Shown here: positions 52,187-62,505 of the stretch, in pieces
Layout of the letters: each line of letters starts with the position of its first letter
Numbering within the stretch: position 1 is the stretch's first letter
Source of the DNA: Bdellovibrionales bacterium
GTDB lineage: Bacteria > Bdellovibrionota > Bdellovibrionia > Bdellovibrionales > UBA1609
DNA: 64,000 nucleotides
NCBI GenBank assembly: GCA_041690295.1
Contig: JAWLHR010000016.1
Location: 1-64,000 of the forward strand
Direction: 5' to 3'
The notes under the pieces: generated by a model
What the model was told of the DNA's origin: nothing
What the model saw: the letters and a program-made list of their open reading frames with translations, nothing else
Database searches by the model: none
Position numbers and translations under genes: made by a program

Positions 52187-55065
52187 AGTCGATCCACGCT
52201 TGGGGGATCAAACAAAACAACCTGAAAAACGTAGAAATCAACATCCCGATGGGCTCTTTAACGGTGATTTGCGGCCCAAGCGGTTCGGGTAAAAGTTCAC
52301 TGGCCTTCGAAACACTCTATGCGGAAGGACAACGGCGATACATCGAAAGCTTGTCCAGCTACTCCCGCCAATTCCTGAACAAGGCGCCAAAACCCGATCT
52401 GGAAGGAATTGAGAATATTCCGCCCGCGATTTCACTGGAGCAAAAAAATTCGGTGAAGTCGTCGCGGTCGACCGTGGGCACGGCCACCGAACTTATCGAC
52501 TATTTGCGTTTAATTTTCGAGAAAATCGGAAAGGCTTACTGTCCTGACCACGAAATTCAACTAAGGGTGGATTCTCCGTCGAGCGCGGCGGAAAAAGTGT
52601 TGGAGCTTTTTGAAGGCGAACGCGGATACATTTTGATTCGAGTGCCTTCGGGCGGAAGGGCCTACGATGAAAAGAAAATGCTCGAGGTCTTAAAGGCCGA
52701 GGGATACCGCCGCATTTACGTTCCCAAAAAAGGCGCCAAAACAAAATGGAATAAAGGCGAAGAATTCGCGCGCGTGACCGTGGGAGCGGTCCATGAGCTG
52801 GAAGACCCGGCGTTCGCCAAGAAAGGTCTTCCCAAAACTGAATTTTACATTGTCATCGACCGCGCTCAATTCAGCCGCGCCGATCAGGGGCGCCTTGTGG
52901 ATTCCATGGCGCAGGCGTTTGCCGCATCCATCAGGTATTCGAAAAAAATTATTACTCACCAGGCCGAAGTGCTGACAGTGGATGGAAAGCGCCTGCTGGT
53001 GAGCGAAGAAAACTCCTGCACGGTTTGCGGATTTCGCTTTCCCGCCATTACCGCGGCATTGTTTTCATTTAATTCCCCCGTGGGAGCCTGCCCCGATTGT
53101 AATGGATTCGGCAACAAGCTGGATTTGGATCCTGAAAAAATCATTCCCAATCCGGAGCTTTCTCTCGCCCAGGGCGCCATCAGTCCGTTCGCCATGCCGA
53201 GCGCCGGTTATGATCGCCGCCAGCTCAAGGCCTTCGCCAAGAAGATGAAAATCGACCTGAATACGCCGTGGAACAAACTTCCCGAAAAAGCCCGTAAGCT
53301 CATTTGGAACGGGACTAAAGATTTTTACGGCGTTAAGGGCTTGTTCGACTATCTCGAAACTAAAAAATACAAAATGCACGTTCGGGTTTTTATTTCCCGC
53401 TTCAAAAGCCCGTTCACCTGCCCGACGTGTAACGGGTCACGTTTGAAACCCGAATCACTTCAGGTTTACGTCCGGGGCAAGAACATCGCCGAGCTTTCTT
53501 CGATGACGATCGAAGATCTGTACAATTTCGTGCGGACAATCGAACTCAGTGAGTACGAGGCCACGGTCTGCGCCGAACCCTTGCGCCAGCTCCGTGAGCG
53601 ATTGCGCTTTTTGAACGAAGTCGGGGTTGGCTATTTAACCATTGACCGATCAACCAAAACCCTTTCGGGCGGAGAATTCCAGCGGCTTCAACTGGCCAAC
53701 CAATTGGGCATGGGATTATCGCGAACACTTTATGTTTTGGATGAACCCACGGTCGGCCTTCATCCCCGTGACACCGACCGCTTGATCAAGGTTCTAAAGA
53801 ACTTGCGATCGCTCGGCAACACGCTGGTGGTGGTGGAACATGATCACGATGTGATTCGTAACGCCACCCATGTCATCGAAATGGGCCCGGGTTCGGGACA
53901 TTTGGGCGGTGAGATTATATACACCGGTGATTCCAATTCATTCCTCAGTTCCTCGAAGTCGCTGACCGCGAGTTATTTGCGCAGTGGAGAAAATTGGGTG
54001 CCGCTCAGAACACCGCGCCCGGTTTCCATGGAAGATTACCGCTATTTCGTCTCCTTCAAGGGATGCTCCGGTCATAACTTGAAAAAGGTGAACGTGGACA
54101 TTCCGCTCAATCGCCTCGTTACGGTCACGGGCGTCAGCGGCTCGGGAAAATCCAGTCTCGTCACCAAAACGATTTACCCGGCGGTGGCCCGGCACCTGGG
54201 CGTGGAGTTCATTCCGGGATTACCTTATGAGTCGGTCGAGGGTCTTGATCAGGTGAAGGGCGTGGTCTTAATCGACCAGTCCCCGATCGGTAAAACCGCT
54301 CGAAGTAATCCTCTCACCTATTTGAAAGTCTTCGATGCCATCCGGGGGATCATGGCCTCAACGCCCGAGGCGAAGGCGCTTGGGTATAGCGCGGGAAGCT
54401 TCAGCTTGAACGTGGATGGTGGCCGCTGCCCGGTTTGTAAGGGGTTGGGATACGAACTCGTCGATATGCTTTTTATGGATGACATCGAGATCAAGTGCGA
54501 TGCCTGCGACGGTAAACGCTATCGGCCCGAACTTCTTGAGATCAAATACAAGGGTAAAAACATCGATGACATTCTGAATATGACCGTGGCCGAGGCGATG
54601 GACTTCTTCATCTCCTATCCCAACATCCGGCGGCCGCTCTCTGTCTTAAGAGAAGTGGGTCTTGAGTACCTTAAGCTTGGGCAGAGCGCGAACACGTTAA
54701 GCGGCGGCGAATCGCAGCGCATGAAACTGGCCCGCGAGTTGGCCGGCGCTCACCAGCAACAATGCCTATACATTTTGGACGAGCCGACCACGGGCTTGCA
54801 TTTCCGCGAAGTTCACCTGCTTTTAAAAGTGCTAAACCGCCTGGTTGAGGCTGGTAACAGCGTAATACTGGTGGAGCACAACCTTGAAATCATTAAAAAC
54901 TCTGATTATGTGATTGATCTTGGGCCCGAAGCAGGAGAGCGTGGCGGCTACATTATGGAGCAAGGCACACCGGAACAATTGATTAAAGCCGCGTCCAAGT
55001 CGCACACCGGACGGTTTCTGAAAGCCTACGTTGAAGATTTCTCGCCAAGAGGTTCTGTTCAATGA
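52183..55065 (+). CDS. uvrA: Excinuclease ABC subunit A (possibly a second paralog)
   Basis: Two Walker A (GPSGSGKSS, GVSGSGKSS), two LSGGE, Zn fingers, EGQRRYIES. Confidence 0.93.
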   Translation: MKSIHAWGIKQNNLKNVEINIPMGSLTVICGPSGSGKSSLAFETLYAEGQRRYIESLSSYSRQFLNKAPKPDLEGIENIPPAISLEQKNSVKSSRSTVGTATELIDYLRLIFEKIGKAYCPDHEIQLRVDSPSSAAEKVLELFEGERGYILIRVPSGGRAYDEKKMLEVLKAEGYRRIYVPKKGAKTKWNKGEEFARVTVGAVHELEDPAFAKKGLPKTEFYIVIDRAQFSRADQGRLVDSMAQAFAASIRYSKKIITHQAEVLTVDGKRLLVSEENSCTVCGFRFPAITAALFSFNSPVGACPDCNGFGNKLDLDPEKIIPNPELSLAQGAISPFAMPSAGYDRRQLKAFAKKMKIDLNTPWNKLPEKARKLIWNGTKDFYGVKGLFDYLETKKYKMHVRVFISRFKSPFTCPTCNGSRLKPESLQVYVRGKNIAELSSMTIEDLYNFVRTIELSEYEATVCAEPLRQLRERLRFLNEVGVGYLTIDRSTKTLSGGEFQRLQLANQLGMGLSRTLYVLDEPTVGLHPRDTDRLIKVLKNLRSLGNTLVVVEHDHDVIRNATHVIEMGPGSGHLGGEIIYTGDSNSFLSSSKSLTASYLRSGENWVPLRTPRPVSMEDYRYFVSFKGCSGHNLKKVNVDIPLNRLVTVTGVSGSGKSSLVTKTIYPAVARHLGVEFIPGLPYESVEGLDQVKGVVLIDQSPIGKTARSNPLTYLKVFDAIRGIMASTPEAKALGYSAGSFSLNVDGGRCPVCKGLGYELVDMLFMDDIEIKCDACDGKRYRPELLEIKYKGKNIDDILNMTVAEAMDFFISYPNIRRPLSVLREVGLEYLKLGQSANTLSGGESQRMKLARELAGAHQQQCLYILDEPTTGLHFREVHLLLKVLNRLVEAGNSVILVEHNLEIIKNSDYVIDLGPEAGERGGYIMEQGTPEQLIKAASKSHTGRFLKAYVEDFSPRGSVQ

Positions 55066-56777
55066 AGGTGATCTGGAAACTGCTATGGCCCGAATTGCGT
55101 GCCCACAGCCGGCGAATGTTGCTGGTGGTGCTCCTGGGGATCGCAATCAGCGCCATGAAGGCCGTCACTCCGGAACTTCTTCGCCAATTGTCCGAAGCCT
55201 GGGCGGCCGGTGACACGGAAAAAACCTATCAGATTCCATTGATGATCAGCGGCGCCTGGATCCTCGCCGCCGCCCTTCGCTATTACCACCTCTATTGGAT
55301 GCTGTTCATCTCGGAACTGGTGGCGGTGAATCTTCGCCGGAAGTTAATGAATAAATATTTGAATTTAAATCTGGGATTTTTTCAGTCCTTCGTCCGCGGA
55401 TCCGGAGGATTGATCTCACGCATGCTGAATGACATCACGGTGATTCAGGGCGGATTTCAAAAAATCGCGGATATCGTGCGTGAACCGTTCATGGTGGTCT
55501 TCTCCTTCGCGTACCTTCTTTATATCGATTGGCGTCTGACGATTTTCATTCTGACGGGAATGCCGCTGATCACATCCGTTTTGCGCAAGTTCGCCAAAAG
55601 CGTGCGCAAGTACTCACGTCTCAATCAGGAGACCATGGAGGATCTGACCCAAACACTGAAAGAAAGTTTGGACGGAACACGCATTGTTCAATCCTTCAAC
55701 TTGCAAGGTGAGATGCGCCAGAAGTTCGAGGATCAGGCGAATAAATTTCTGCGCTCCAAAGGAAAGATCATTTCGCGCGAAGAAGCCTCGGGCCCGGTTT
55801 CGGAAAGCTTGGCTTCCATCTTCGTGGCCCTGCTTTTGATGTACATCGGTCATCAAGCCTTGCAGTCCCAGGCGACCATCGGCGATTTCATGAGTTTCAT
55901 CTTCGCGATTGGATTGCTTTCGGACGCGGCCAAAAAGGTTCAAGGCGGATATATTAAAATGCAGCAGTCCGCGGTGGCGCTTGAGCGTTTAAACGCCATA
56001 TTGGATGAGCAAAGCGTGGTCCCCGAAATTCCCAATCCAAAACCGTTCCCGAAGGATTGGGAAGAAATCGAATTCCGCAATGTCAGCTTCCGTTACGATG
56101 ACGATTATGTTCTGCGCGGAATCAATCTGAAAATCCGACGCGGTGAACAGGTGGCTTTGGTGGGTTCCAGTGGAGCCGGTAAGTCGACACTGATTAACCT
56201 TTTGCCACGGTTTTTCGACCCGACTTCAGGCGAGATTCTGATCGGCGGCATCCCCATTCGAGAGATGAGCTTAACGGATTTACGTGCCCATATCGCGTTA
56301 GTCACCCAAGACGTTTTCCTTTTCTCTGATTCGGTGGAACGGAACATCTGGTCCGGTGATTTCAGCAAATCACCCGAAGGGATTGAGCAGGCCGCCAAGC
56401 TGGCCAATGCCCACGAATTTGTCAGGCGCAACCCGGAAGGCTACGGATCCCGCGTGGGCGAGCGAGGTGCCCGTTTTTCAGGCGGAGAAAAACAACGAAT
56501 CAGTATCGCCCGGGCCATTTTTAAGGATGCTCCCATACTTATTATGGATGAGGCCACGAGCGCTCTCGATTCTGAGAGCGAACTTGAAGTTCAGAAGGGC
56601 TTGGATTCCTTGATGAAAGGCCGAACGGCTCTCGTCATCGCCCATCGTCTATCGACCATCGCCAAATGCGACCGAATTATCGTCATGGACAAAGGTCGTA
56701 TCATCGAAGAAGGCAACCATAACGAGCTCATGGTCCAGCAGGGCTCCTACTACAAATTCTTCCAACTCCAACGCTAA
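55062..56777 (+). CDS. MsbA-like ABC exporter (fused TMD-NBD)
   Basis: TM domain plus GSSGAGKST, FSGGEKQR, DEATSALD, IAHRLST. Confidence 0.92.
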   Translation: MKVIWKLLWPELRAHSRRMLLVVLLGIAISAMKAVTPELLRQLSEAWAAGDTEKTYQIPLMISGAWILAAALRYYHLYWMLFISELVAVNLRRKLMNKYLNLNLGFFQSFVRGSGGLISRMLNDITVIQGGFQKIADIVREPFMVVFSFAYLLYIDWRLTIFILTGMPLITSVLRKFAKSVRKYSRLNQETMEDLTQTLKESLDGTRIVQSFNLQGEMRQKFEDQANKFLRSKGKIISREEASGPVSESLASIFVALLLMYIGHQALQSQATIGDFMSFIFAIGLLSDAAKKVQGGYIKMQQSAVALERLNAILDEQSVVPEIPNPKPFPKDWEEIEFRNVSFRYDDDYVLRGINLKIRRGEQVALVGSSGAGKSTLINLLPRFFDPTSGEILIGGIPIREMSLTDLRAHIALVTQDVFLFSDSVERNIWSGDFSKSPEGIEQAAKLANAHEFVRRNPEGYGSRVGERGARFSGGEKQRISIARAIFKDAPILIMDEATSALDSESELEVQKGLDSLMKGRTALVIAHRLSTIAKCDRIIVMDKGRIIEEGNHNELMVQQGSYYKFFQLQR

Positions 56778-56779
56778 AT

Positions 56780-56890
56780 GTAGGCCGTTCCTTTTCAGGA
56801 TGTAGTGCACAACAGAGCGGCCTCTGAGTGCCGCACTCTGACCTAAGGTCTAGGTTTTTATGCAGCACATCCTGAAAAGGAACGGCCTAC
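56780..56890. repeat. REPIN-like 111-bp inverted doublet of GTAG-type REP arms
   Basis: GTAGGCCGTTCCTTTTCAGGATGT ... ACATCCTGAAAAGGAACGGCCTAC, perfect 24-bp inverted repeat starting 3 bp after the ABC gene stop. Confidence 0.85.
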
Positions 56891-56960
56891 TTTTCGCGCT
56901 CAAGTTGTCCAAAGTTTTGACGATAAGGTTTTAGGCAGTTTTTAGAGGGAGTGTAAACCA

Positions 56961-58520
56961 ATGATCAATTGGGACGAGTTTGAACATATACATGTCATCA
57001 AGAAACTCAAACAGATCCTGAACTCTTGGTGGAGCATTGACGTCGTATTTACGGACGAGCGCGGTCAACTTCGCGGCACCGATCCAAAAACCGCGAATCT
57101 GTGTAATCCGGCCGTTATGACCTTCTTGAGCAAAGAAACTTCGCTCGCGAGTCTGGCCGAAAGCGTGCAAAAAGCCCTCGAAGACGTGCGCACTTCCGGC
57201 AACCGCTACAGCATCCGAAAATGGGAAACCGCGGGCTTCGATATGGCCATCATTCCGATCACCATCGAAAACGATTTCATGGGTTGCGTGGTGGCCCTCG
57301 GATTCTTGAAAGACCGCTCACAAGTTTCTAGAATCTCCGAAATCCGCGAACGCATGGCCATCTTCGGCGCCAGTGGCGAAACTATCGACAAAGCCATCTC
57401 CAAAATCTGTTTTATTGATGATCAGGACCGCGAACACTTTCTCGAGTTGGTCGAGTTGGTTGCCCAAGAAGTTGTCACTTTGCACCTGGAAATCACCACT
57501 CGTGAAAACCGCATTAAAGAACTGAACAAGGAACTCGGCAGCCGTTACAAGTACGACAATATGATCGGTAAATCAAAGCCGATGCAAACCCTTTACGCCT
57601 TGCTCGACAAGATCAAAACCGCCGACAGTACGGTCTTGATCCAGGGTGAAAACGGTACCGGTAAGGAATTGATCGCCAAAGCGATCCATTACAATTCGCT
57701 TCGCAAAGACAAGCCGTTCGTGATCCAGAACTGTTCGGCGTTCAACGACAACCTTCTCGAATCCGAACTCTTCGGTCACGTGAAAGGATCCTTCACCGGT
57801 GCCATTCGCGATAAAAAAGGTCTCTTCGAAATGGCCGACAAGGGAACGTTCTTCCTCGACGAGATCGGCGACACCTCGCCCACCATGCAAGTGAAGCTCT
57901 TGCGTGTTCTTCAGGAAGGAACTTTCATTCCTGTCGGTGCGGTTGAACCCAAGCGCGTGGATGTACGGATCGTGGCCGCGACCAACCGGAACCTCAAGGA
58001 AATGGTTGAAGCCGGCACGTTCCGTGAAGACTTGTACTACCGTTTGAATGTGATCAACATTACCGTGCCCGCGCTTCGCGACCGCAAAGAGGATATTCCG
58101 CTGCTCGCTGAATTCTTCCTGAACAAGGCGCAAGCGGGAACTCCGGGCGCCACCAAGAAGATTCTCACCAAGCGCGCCCTGGAAAAGCTTTATGATTACT
58201 CGTGGCCGGGTAACGTCCGTGAGCTGCAGAATGAAATGGAACGTTTGATCGTTCTCGCCGGCAGCGAAAACAAAATCACCGCCGATATGCTCTCGCCCAA
58301 GATTCTTGAAGTCGGCGACAAAACCAAAGTTCAAGGCGCCAGACTTCACGGCAAGCTCAAGGACGCCCTTGAGGATCTTGAGCGCGAGATGATCCGCGAG
58401 GGTCTCCGCCGCACCGGTTGGAACAAATCCAAGCTGGCGAAAGAACTCGGCATCAGCCGCGCCGGGCTTATCATGAAGGTCGAAAAGTACGGCCTCGATA
58501 AGCGTAAAATGTTGAAATAA
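56961..58520 (+). CDS. Sigma54-dependent Fis-family activator with N-terminal PocR-like sensor
   Basis: GENGTGKE, ESELFGH, GSFTGA, FLDEIG, WPGNVREL, C-terminal HTH. Confidence 0.93.
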   Translation: MINWDEFEHIHVIKKLKQILNSWWSIDVVFTDERGQLRGTDPKTANLCNPAVMTFLSKETSLASLAESVQKALEDVRTSGNRYSIRKWETAGFDMAIIPITIENDFMGCVVALGFLKDRSQVSRISEIRERMAIFGASGETIDKAISKICFIDDQDREHFLELVELVAQEVVTLHLEITTRENRIKELNKELGSRYKYDNMIGKSKPMQTLYALLDKIKTADSTVLIQGENGTGKELIAKAIHYNSLRKDKPFVIQNCSAFNDNLLESELFGHVKGSFTGAIRDKKGLFEMADKGTFFLDEIGDTSPTMQVKLLRVLQEGTFIPVGAVEPKRVDVRIVAATNRNLKEMVEAGTFREDLYYRLNVINITVPALRDRKEDIPLLAEFFLNKAQAGTPGATKKILTKRALEKLYDYSWPGNVRELQNEMERLIVLAGSENKITADMLSPKILEVGDKTKVQGARLHGKLKDALEDLEREMIREGLRRTGWNKSKLAKELGISRAGLIMKVEKYGLDKRKMLK

Positions 58521-58545
58521 ATTCCACTGTGTTCAAATCCTAATA

Positions 58546-58574
58546 GCTCTCCCGCCCTCGGGAGAGCCTTTTTT
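58546..58574 (+). terminator. Intrinsic terminator
   Basis: GCTCTCCC-loop-GGGAGAGC followed by CTTTTTT. Confidence 0.8.
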
Positions 58575-58632
58575 ATCGCCCGGCCGGGCATGCGCTTTGA
58601 ATATCGCTAAGGCCATAGGTTGGTAATCAAGC

Positions 58633-59472
58633 ATGGCAAATTGGATTCGGGCGCAACAGCGGCTGTATAAATCAGCCCATGTCCTGAAGGCTTACTATGA
58701 ATCAAAGCTGAAGGTGAGTTTACAGCTTCTCACCGACCGCCCGGACTGTGTCCTCGAAGGCGACGTGCTTTTTAACGAGGCCATCAATGTCTACGGATTA
58801 TGGGGCTTTCGCCCGACCCGTCCGCTCGCCCGCGAAGCGGCCGATGAAATGGCCAAGATGTGCGACGCTATTTTAGGCGGGCTTGATCGATTGGATAGAA
58901 ACAGCGAGGGATTGGCTCAGCTTGAGAGACAGCTTGAACGCTCGCTTTCGGAAATTCCGTCCAATGTGATCTCGTTGCAAAGTCGGCTGGCTTCACGAAA
59001 AGCTGGAAACCCGGCGAAAGATTTTTCACGCCGGCTGATCCTCAAAAGAGATTGTCTGATCGAATCACCGTCAAGCGCTGATATTCATAAGATGGCGATG
59101 GAACTTCATTCGCACAGTTCTCGAGTCGCGTTCGTCGATTTCCGCGATCTCGATATGGAAATTCGACGAAGCTTAGCTGAGTTATTGGGTCTTGGCGCGA
59201 TTACGATTTTCGTGCCGGATGTATTGGCACTGAGTTCAAGCGAACAAGAAATTTTAAAAGCGCTGGTTTTCACGCGTTCGACAACAAGACCTTTGGTGAT
59301 GGCTGGAACACTCGTTGGATTTTCAGAATTGCGTGAAACTCCCGGCGTTGATCTTGAATTCATTACGGTATTGTCGAACGCGTACATCAAACTCGGCCGG
59401 CCCTTTAGCGAGTACAAAGAGCAGGGACTGATACACTATTTTCTCGACAGCTTATCTGAATCCCCGTCATAA
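58633..59472 (+). CDS. Hypothetical protein with degenerate sigma54-activator-like AAA+ domain
   Basis: C-half pattern CLIES...MAMELHSHSSRVAFV...TIFVPDV..L...EQ..L...PLVMAGT. Confidence 0.6.
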   Translation: MANWIRAQQRLYKSAHVLKAYYESKLKVSLQLLTDRPDCVLEGDVLFNEAINVYGLWGFRPTRPLAREAADEMAKMCDAILGGLDRLDRNSEGLAQLERQLERSLSEIPSNVISLQSRLASRKAGNPAKDFSRRLILKRDCLIESPSSADIHKMAMELHSHSSRVAFVDFRDLDMEIRRSLAELLGLGAITIFVPDVLALSSSEQEILKALVFTRSTTRPLVMAGTLVGFSELRETPGVDLEFITVLSNAYIKLGRPFSEYKEQGLIHYFLDSLSESPS

Positions 59473-59480
59473 TCCCCTAT

Positions 59481-60521
59481 GTGGGAGAGACGGCGTTAAC
59501 TCCGAAGATCAACGAATTCATCGCGCGCGAAATCAAAACTCCGGATTTCGAATGTCTACAGCTCGCCGGTGATGCTTCAACCCGCAAATATTACCGCATA
59601 GTTTTTGAAAATCAGTCCCGCGTCTTGATGAGCTGGGAGCCGTTCACCGACCCCGACTCTTATCCGTTTTTGAATGTGGTCCGGCACTTCGCCAAAGTGG
59701 ATGTGCGCGTGCCCAAAGTCGAGGCGTTTTCTGCCGAACTGGGCGTTGTACTCCTTGAAGATCTGGGCGATCTGACTCTTGAGCGGAAGTTTTGGGAAAA
59801 TCAGAATCAGTCGTTGGTCTTGCCGTTTTATCAACAAGCGATAGATGAACTGATCAAAATACATTTTCTGGCATCACAGCCGGTTCAGCCGCCGAGCACC
59901 TGCCAGATCACGAAGTTCGACACGGCCAAATTTTTATGGGAAATGAATTACGCCCGGGAACATTTTCTCGAAAAAGTCGGCGGCATTAAACTTTCCAATG
60001 GCGACCAAAAAACCCTTCAATCTGAATTCCGAAACATTTGCCAAATTTTGGATGAGCAACCAAAGTACGTTTGTCATCGCGACTTTCATTCACGTAATTT
60101 GATGCTGAAACTTGGGCGCGTGTATGTGATTGATTTTCAGGACGCGCGATTGGGACCGATTCAATATGATTTGGTGTCACTGGTTCATGATTCCTACGTG
60201 CATCTCAGTCAGGAGTCGATCGAATTCATTCTTAATGACTACATTGAGAAAGCGAAAGCGCACGGTCCGAAAGGCGTCATTCGTCCCGATTTTCAAGACA
60301 TATTCAAAGTGCAGTTGATCCAGCGATGTTTTAAAGCCTGTGGCAGCTTCACCAGTTTCTTTAATGATCGCGGAGACACCAGATACCTCAAATATATCAA
60401 ACATACCGCCGCGCTGGTGACGGCGACTCTCGGCACGGAATCCCGATTTCCGACATTTCGCCGGATTATGATTGACTCCGGGCTGGCTGATCGTGATTAC
60501 GAAGTTTTATGCGCGCATTGA
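59481..60521 (+). CDS. amgK: Anomeric MurNAc/GlcNAc kinase (AmgK-like phosphotransferase)
   Basis: LAGDASTRKYYR, LEDLGD, HRDFHSRNLM, IDFQDA, YDLVSL; adjacent to a nucleotidyltransferase. Confidence 0.85.
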   Translation: MGETALTPKINEFIAREIKTPDFECLQLAGDASTRKYYRIVFENQSRVLMSWEPFTDPDSYPFLNVVRHFAKVDVRVPKVEAFSAELGVVLLEDLGDLTLERKFWENQNQSLVLPFYQQAIDELIKIHFLASQPVQPPSTCQITKFDTAKFLWEMNYAREHFLEKVGGIKLSNGDQKTLQSEFRNICQILDEQPKYVCHRDFHSRNLMLKLGRVYVIDFQDARLGPIQYDLVSLVHDSYVHLSQESIEFILNDYIEKAKAHGPKGVIRPDFQDIFKVQLIQRCFKACGSFTSFFNDRGDTRYLKYIKHTAALVTATLGTESRFPTFRRIMIDSGLADRDYEVLCAH

Positions 60522-61495
60522 TACTTTCCGCGGGGTTCGGTGAACGACTCCGCCCTCTCACATTAAAGCGGGCCAAGCCGGCGATCGAGTTCCTCAATAT
60601 TCCGATGCTTGGCTACCCCTATTTTTGGCTGAGCACGCTGGGTTTGACGGATGTTGTATTCAACACTCATTATCTTCCGGAAACCGTTCGCCAAGCCGCC
60701 ATGAAGATCGTGACCTCTGACGTGAATCTTCATTTTTCCCATGAGGATCAAATTCTCGGCAGCGGGGGCGGAATCTGGAATTCCAGATTCGACCTTATGG
60801 GTGAAAAAACCTTCGCCGTGGCGAACGCGGACGGCGTGGTCATTGATCCCGATCTTGATCTTTTTAAAAAGATGCTGAGCGCTCACGAAGACGCCGACGC
60901 GTTAGCCTCACTGCTCGTTTGCCCGCTTGAAGGCGTGGGTCAAAAAATCCCCGGTGTCTGGGTTCGGCGAGACGGCTTCGTGGCCGGGTTCGGTCTCACG
61001 CGCCCTGAGCCTGAGACCTACTGTTACCATTTTGCTTCTTATATGCTGCTTTCGGATCGGATCTGGCCCTTTTTGCCCGAGGGAAGTTCAAATATCTTGT
61101 ACGATGTCCTGCAGCCGCGGATCGCCCAAGGTGAGCGTGTCCTCGCCTTTCTTGCCGATCAATTGACTTGGTTTGAGACGGGAAATCAAAACGATCTCTT
61201 AGCGGCCACTCAATCCTGCTTGGACCATTTAAGCCGCCCTGGAAGCCCTTACTGTGGCGTTATCCGCGAGATCCTTCACCGGGTGGGCCCACCCTACCAC
61301 ATGCGGTCTTCGCTTCCTAAAAAGCGTTTAATCGCCGATAGCGCGCTATTAGACGCCAATGTAAAGTTAGATGGATTTGTGGTCGTGGGAGAACGGGCGA
61401 AAATCGAGGCGAATGCCCGTTTAACGGATAGTGTGGTGCAATCGGATGTTACGGTCCCGGCGAGCGCGGATCTCACTCGCCAGGTCGTTATTTAA
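60509..61495 (+). CDS. murU: Sugar-phosphate nucleotidyltransferase (MurU-like)
   Basis: LSAGFGERLRPLT..RAKP, NTHYL, ILGSGGG; C-terminal hexapeptide-like repeats. Confidence 0.78.
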   Translation: MRALILSAGFGERLRPLTLKRAKPAIEFLNIPMLGYPYFWLSTLGLTDVVFNTHYLPETVRQAAMKIVTSDVNLHFSHEDQILGSGGGIWNSRFDLMGEKTFAVANADGVVIDPDLDLFKKMLSAHEDADALASLLVCPLEGVGQKIPGVWVRRDGFVAGFGLTRPEPETYCYHFASYMLLSDRIWPFLPEGSSNILYDVLQPRIAQGERVLAFLADQLTWFETGNQNDLLAATQSCLDHLSRPGSPYCGVIREILHRVGPPYHMRSSLPKKRLIADSALLDANVKLDGFVVVGERAKIEANARLTDSVVQSDVTVPASADLTRQVVI

Positions 61496-61498
61496 TGT

Positions 61499-62488
61499 TT
61501 ATCGGCCGCCCGAACGGGACATAGGTCTTCGGACCGATGCTGGAGCGCGGATGTTTTCACTCTCGATGAACTGATTTCCGGAACGCTTCTTCTGATAAGC
61601 CGCGTGGACCATTTCAAAAATGTTATTGCCGGCGACACCGATGGGTTCTCCGTCGAGATTCACTGTCTTACCTGCCATCAGCGCTTTTCTCTGATCAGGG
61701 CCCATGGCGAAGGGATTGTAACTTTGATAGCTGGAATCGTCGTTCGCGGAGAATGCCGCCGCGCTATTACCGCTTCCGCCACCACCGTCAACGGCGAGAC
61801 TGGTCACCGTCGCACCGTTGATATTGCCATATTCCGCCATGACAGCGGCATTCACCTTTTCCAATTCTTTAAGTACGCTATCATCGAACCCCGCCGCTTG
61901 CAGAGCCGCTGGTGATGAAAACGCGCTTAAAGGCGTCACGGTCCCATCCGGATGATGAAAGCCCTTCGCATCCAAATCATAGCCCGCGTTTTTCAACGCG
62001 GCTTCGGCCTCTTTCATTTTTTGAAGGTACTGCGCGCTTCCAGGCTCGGGCAACGCTCCCGGAGGCGGATCGATTTTGGGATCACGGTAAACGCTCGCGG
62101 CGGCCGTCCGGCCTGAGGCTCCCGCGGCATTACTGTCATGGGATCCTTGTTTCAAAGCCAAGATTCCCAAGGCGACAAGCGCCGCCCCCTGGGGCACGGT
62201 CGGCGGATTCGCCATGAGCGCCACGCCTGTGCCGATCAACATCGCGCCAGCGGCGTTATTGGCTCCCGCACCGCTCTTTTGCGATTGTTGTCCAACATTC
62301 GCGCCCCGATTGATGGTGTTTTGATTGGGCGCCACGATTCCCGCGTTGGGATTGGGATTCTGATTGTTTTGATTTTGATTCTGCTCAAAAACCGATCTCG
62401 CTAAATCAGCCGAGTCTTGTACATAGTCCGCATTGGCCGTCACGGTAAAAAAACCGGCAATGACTAGAGCTATAAGTTTTTGTTTCAT
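61499..62488 (-). CDS. Secreted hypothetical protein with hydrophobic hairpin
   Basis: Signal peptide from ATG 62488 (AGGGG SD), N/Q-rich tract, two Gly/Ala-rich hydrophobic helices. Confidence 0.75.
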   Translation of the reverse strand: MKQKLIALVIAGFFTVTANADYVQDSADLARSVFEQNQNQNNQNPNPNAGIVAPNQNTINRGANVGQQSQKSGAGANNAAGAMLIGTGVALMANPPTVPQGAALVALGILALKQGSHDSNAAGASGRTAAASVYRDPKIDPPPGALPEPGSAQYLQKMKEAEAALKNAGYDLDAKGFHHPDGTVTPLSAFSSPAALQAAGFDDSVLKELEKVNAAVMAEYGNINGATVTSLAVDGGGGSGNSAAAFSANDDSSYQSYNPFAMGPDQRKALMAGKTVNLDGEPIGVAGNNIFEMVHAAYQKKRSGNQFIESENIRAPASVRRPMSRSGGR

Positions 62489-62505
62489 AAACAATCCCCT
62501 TGCCG

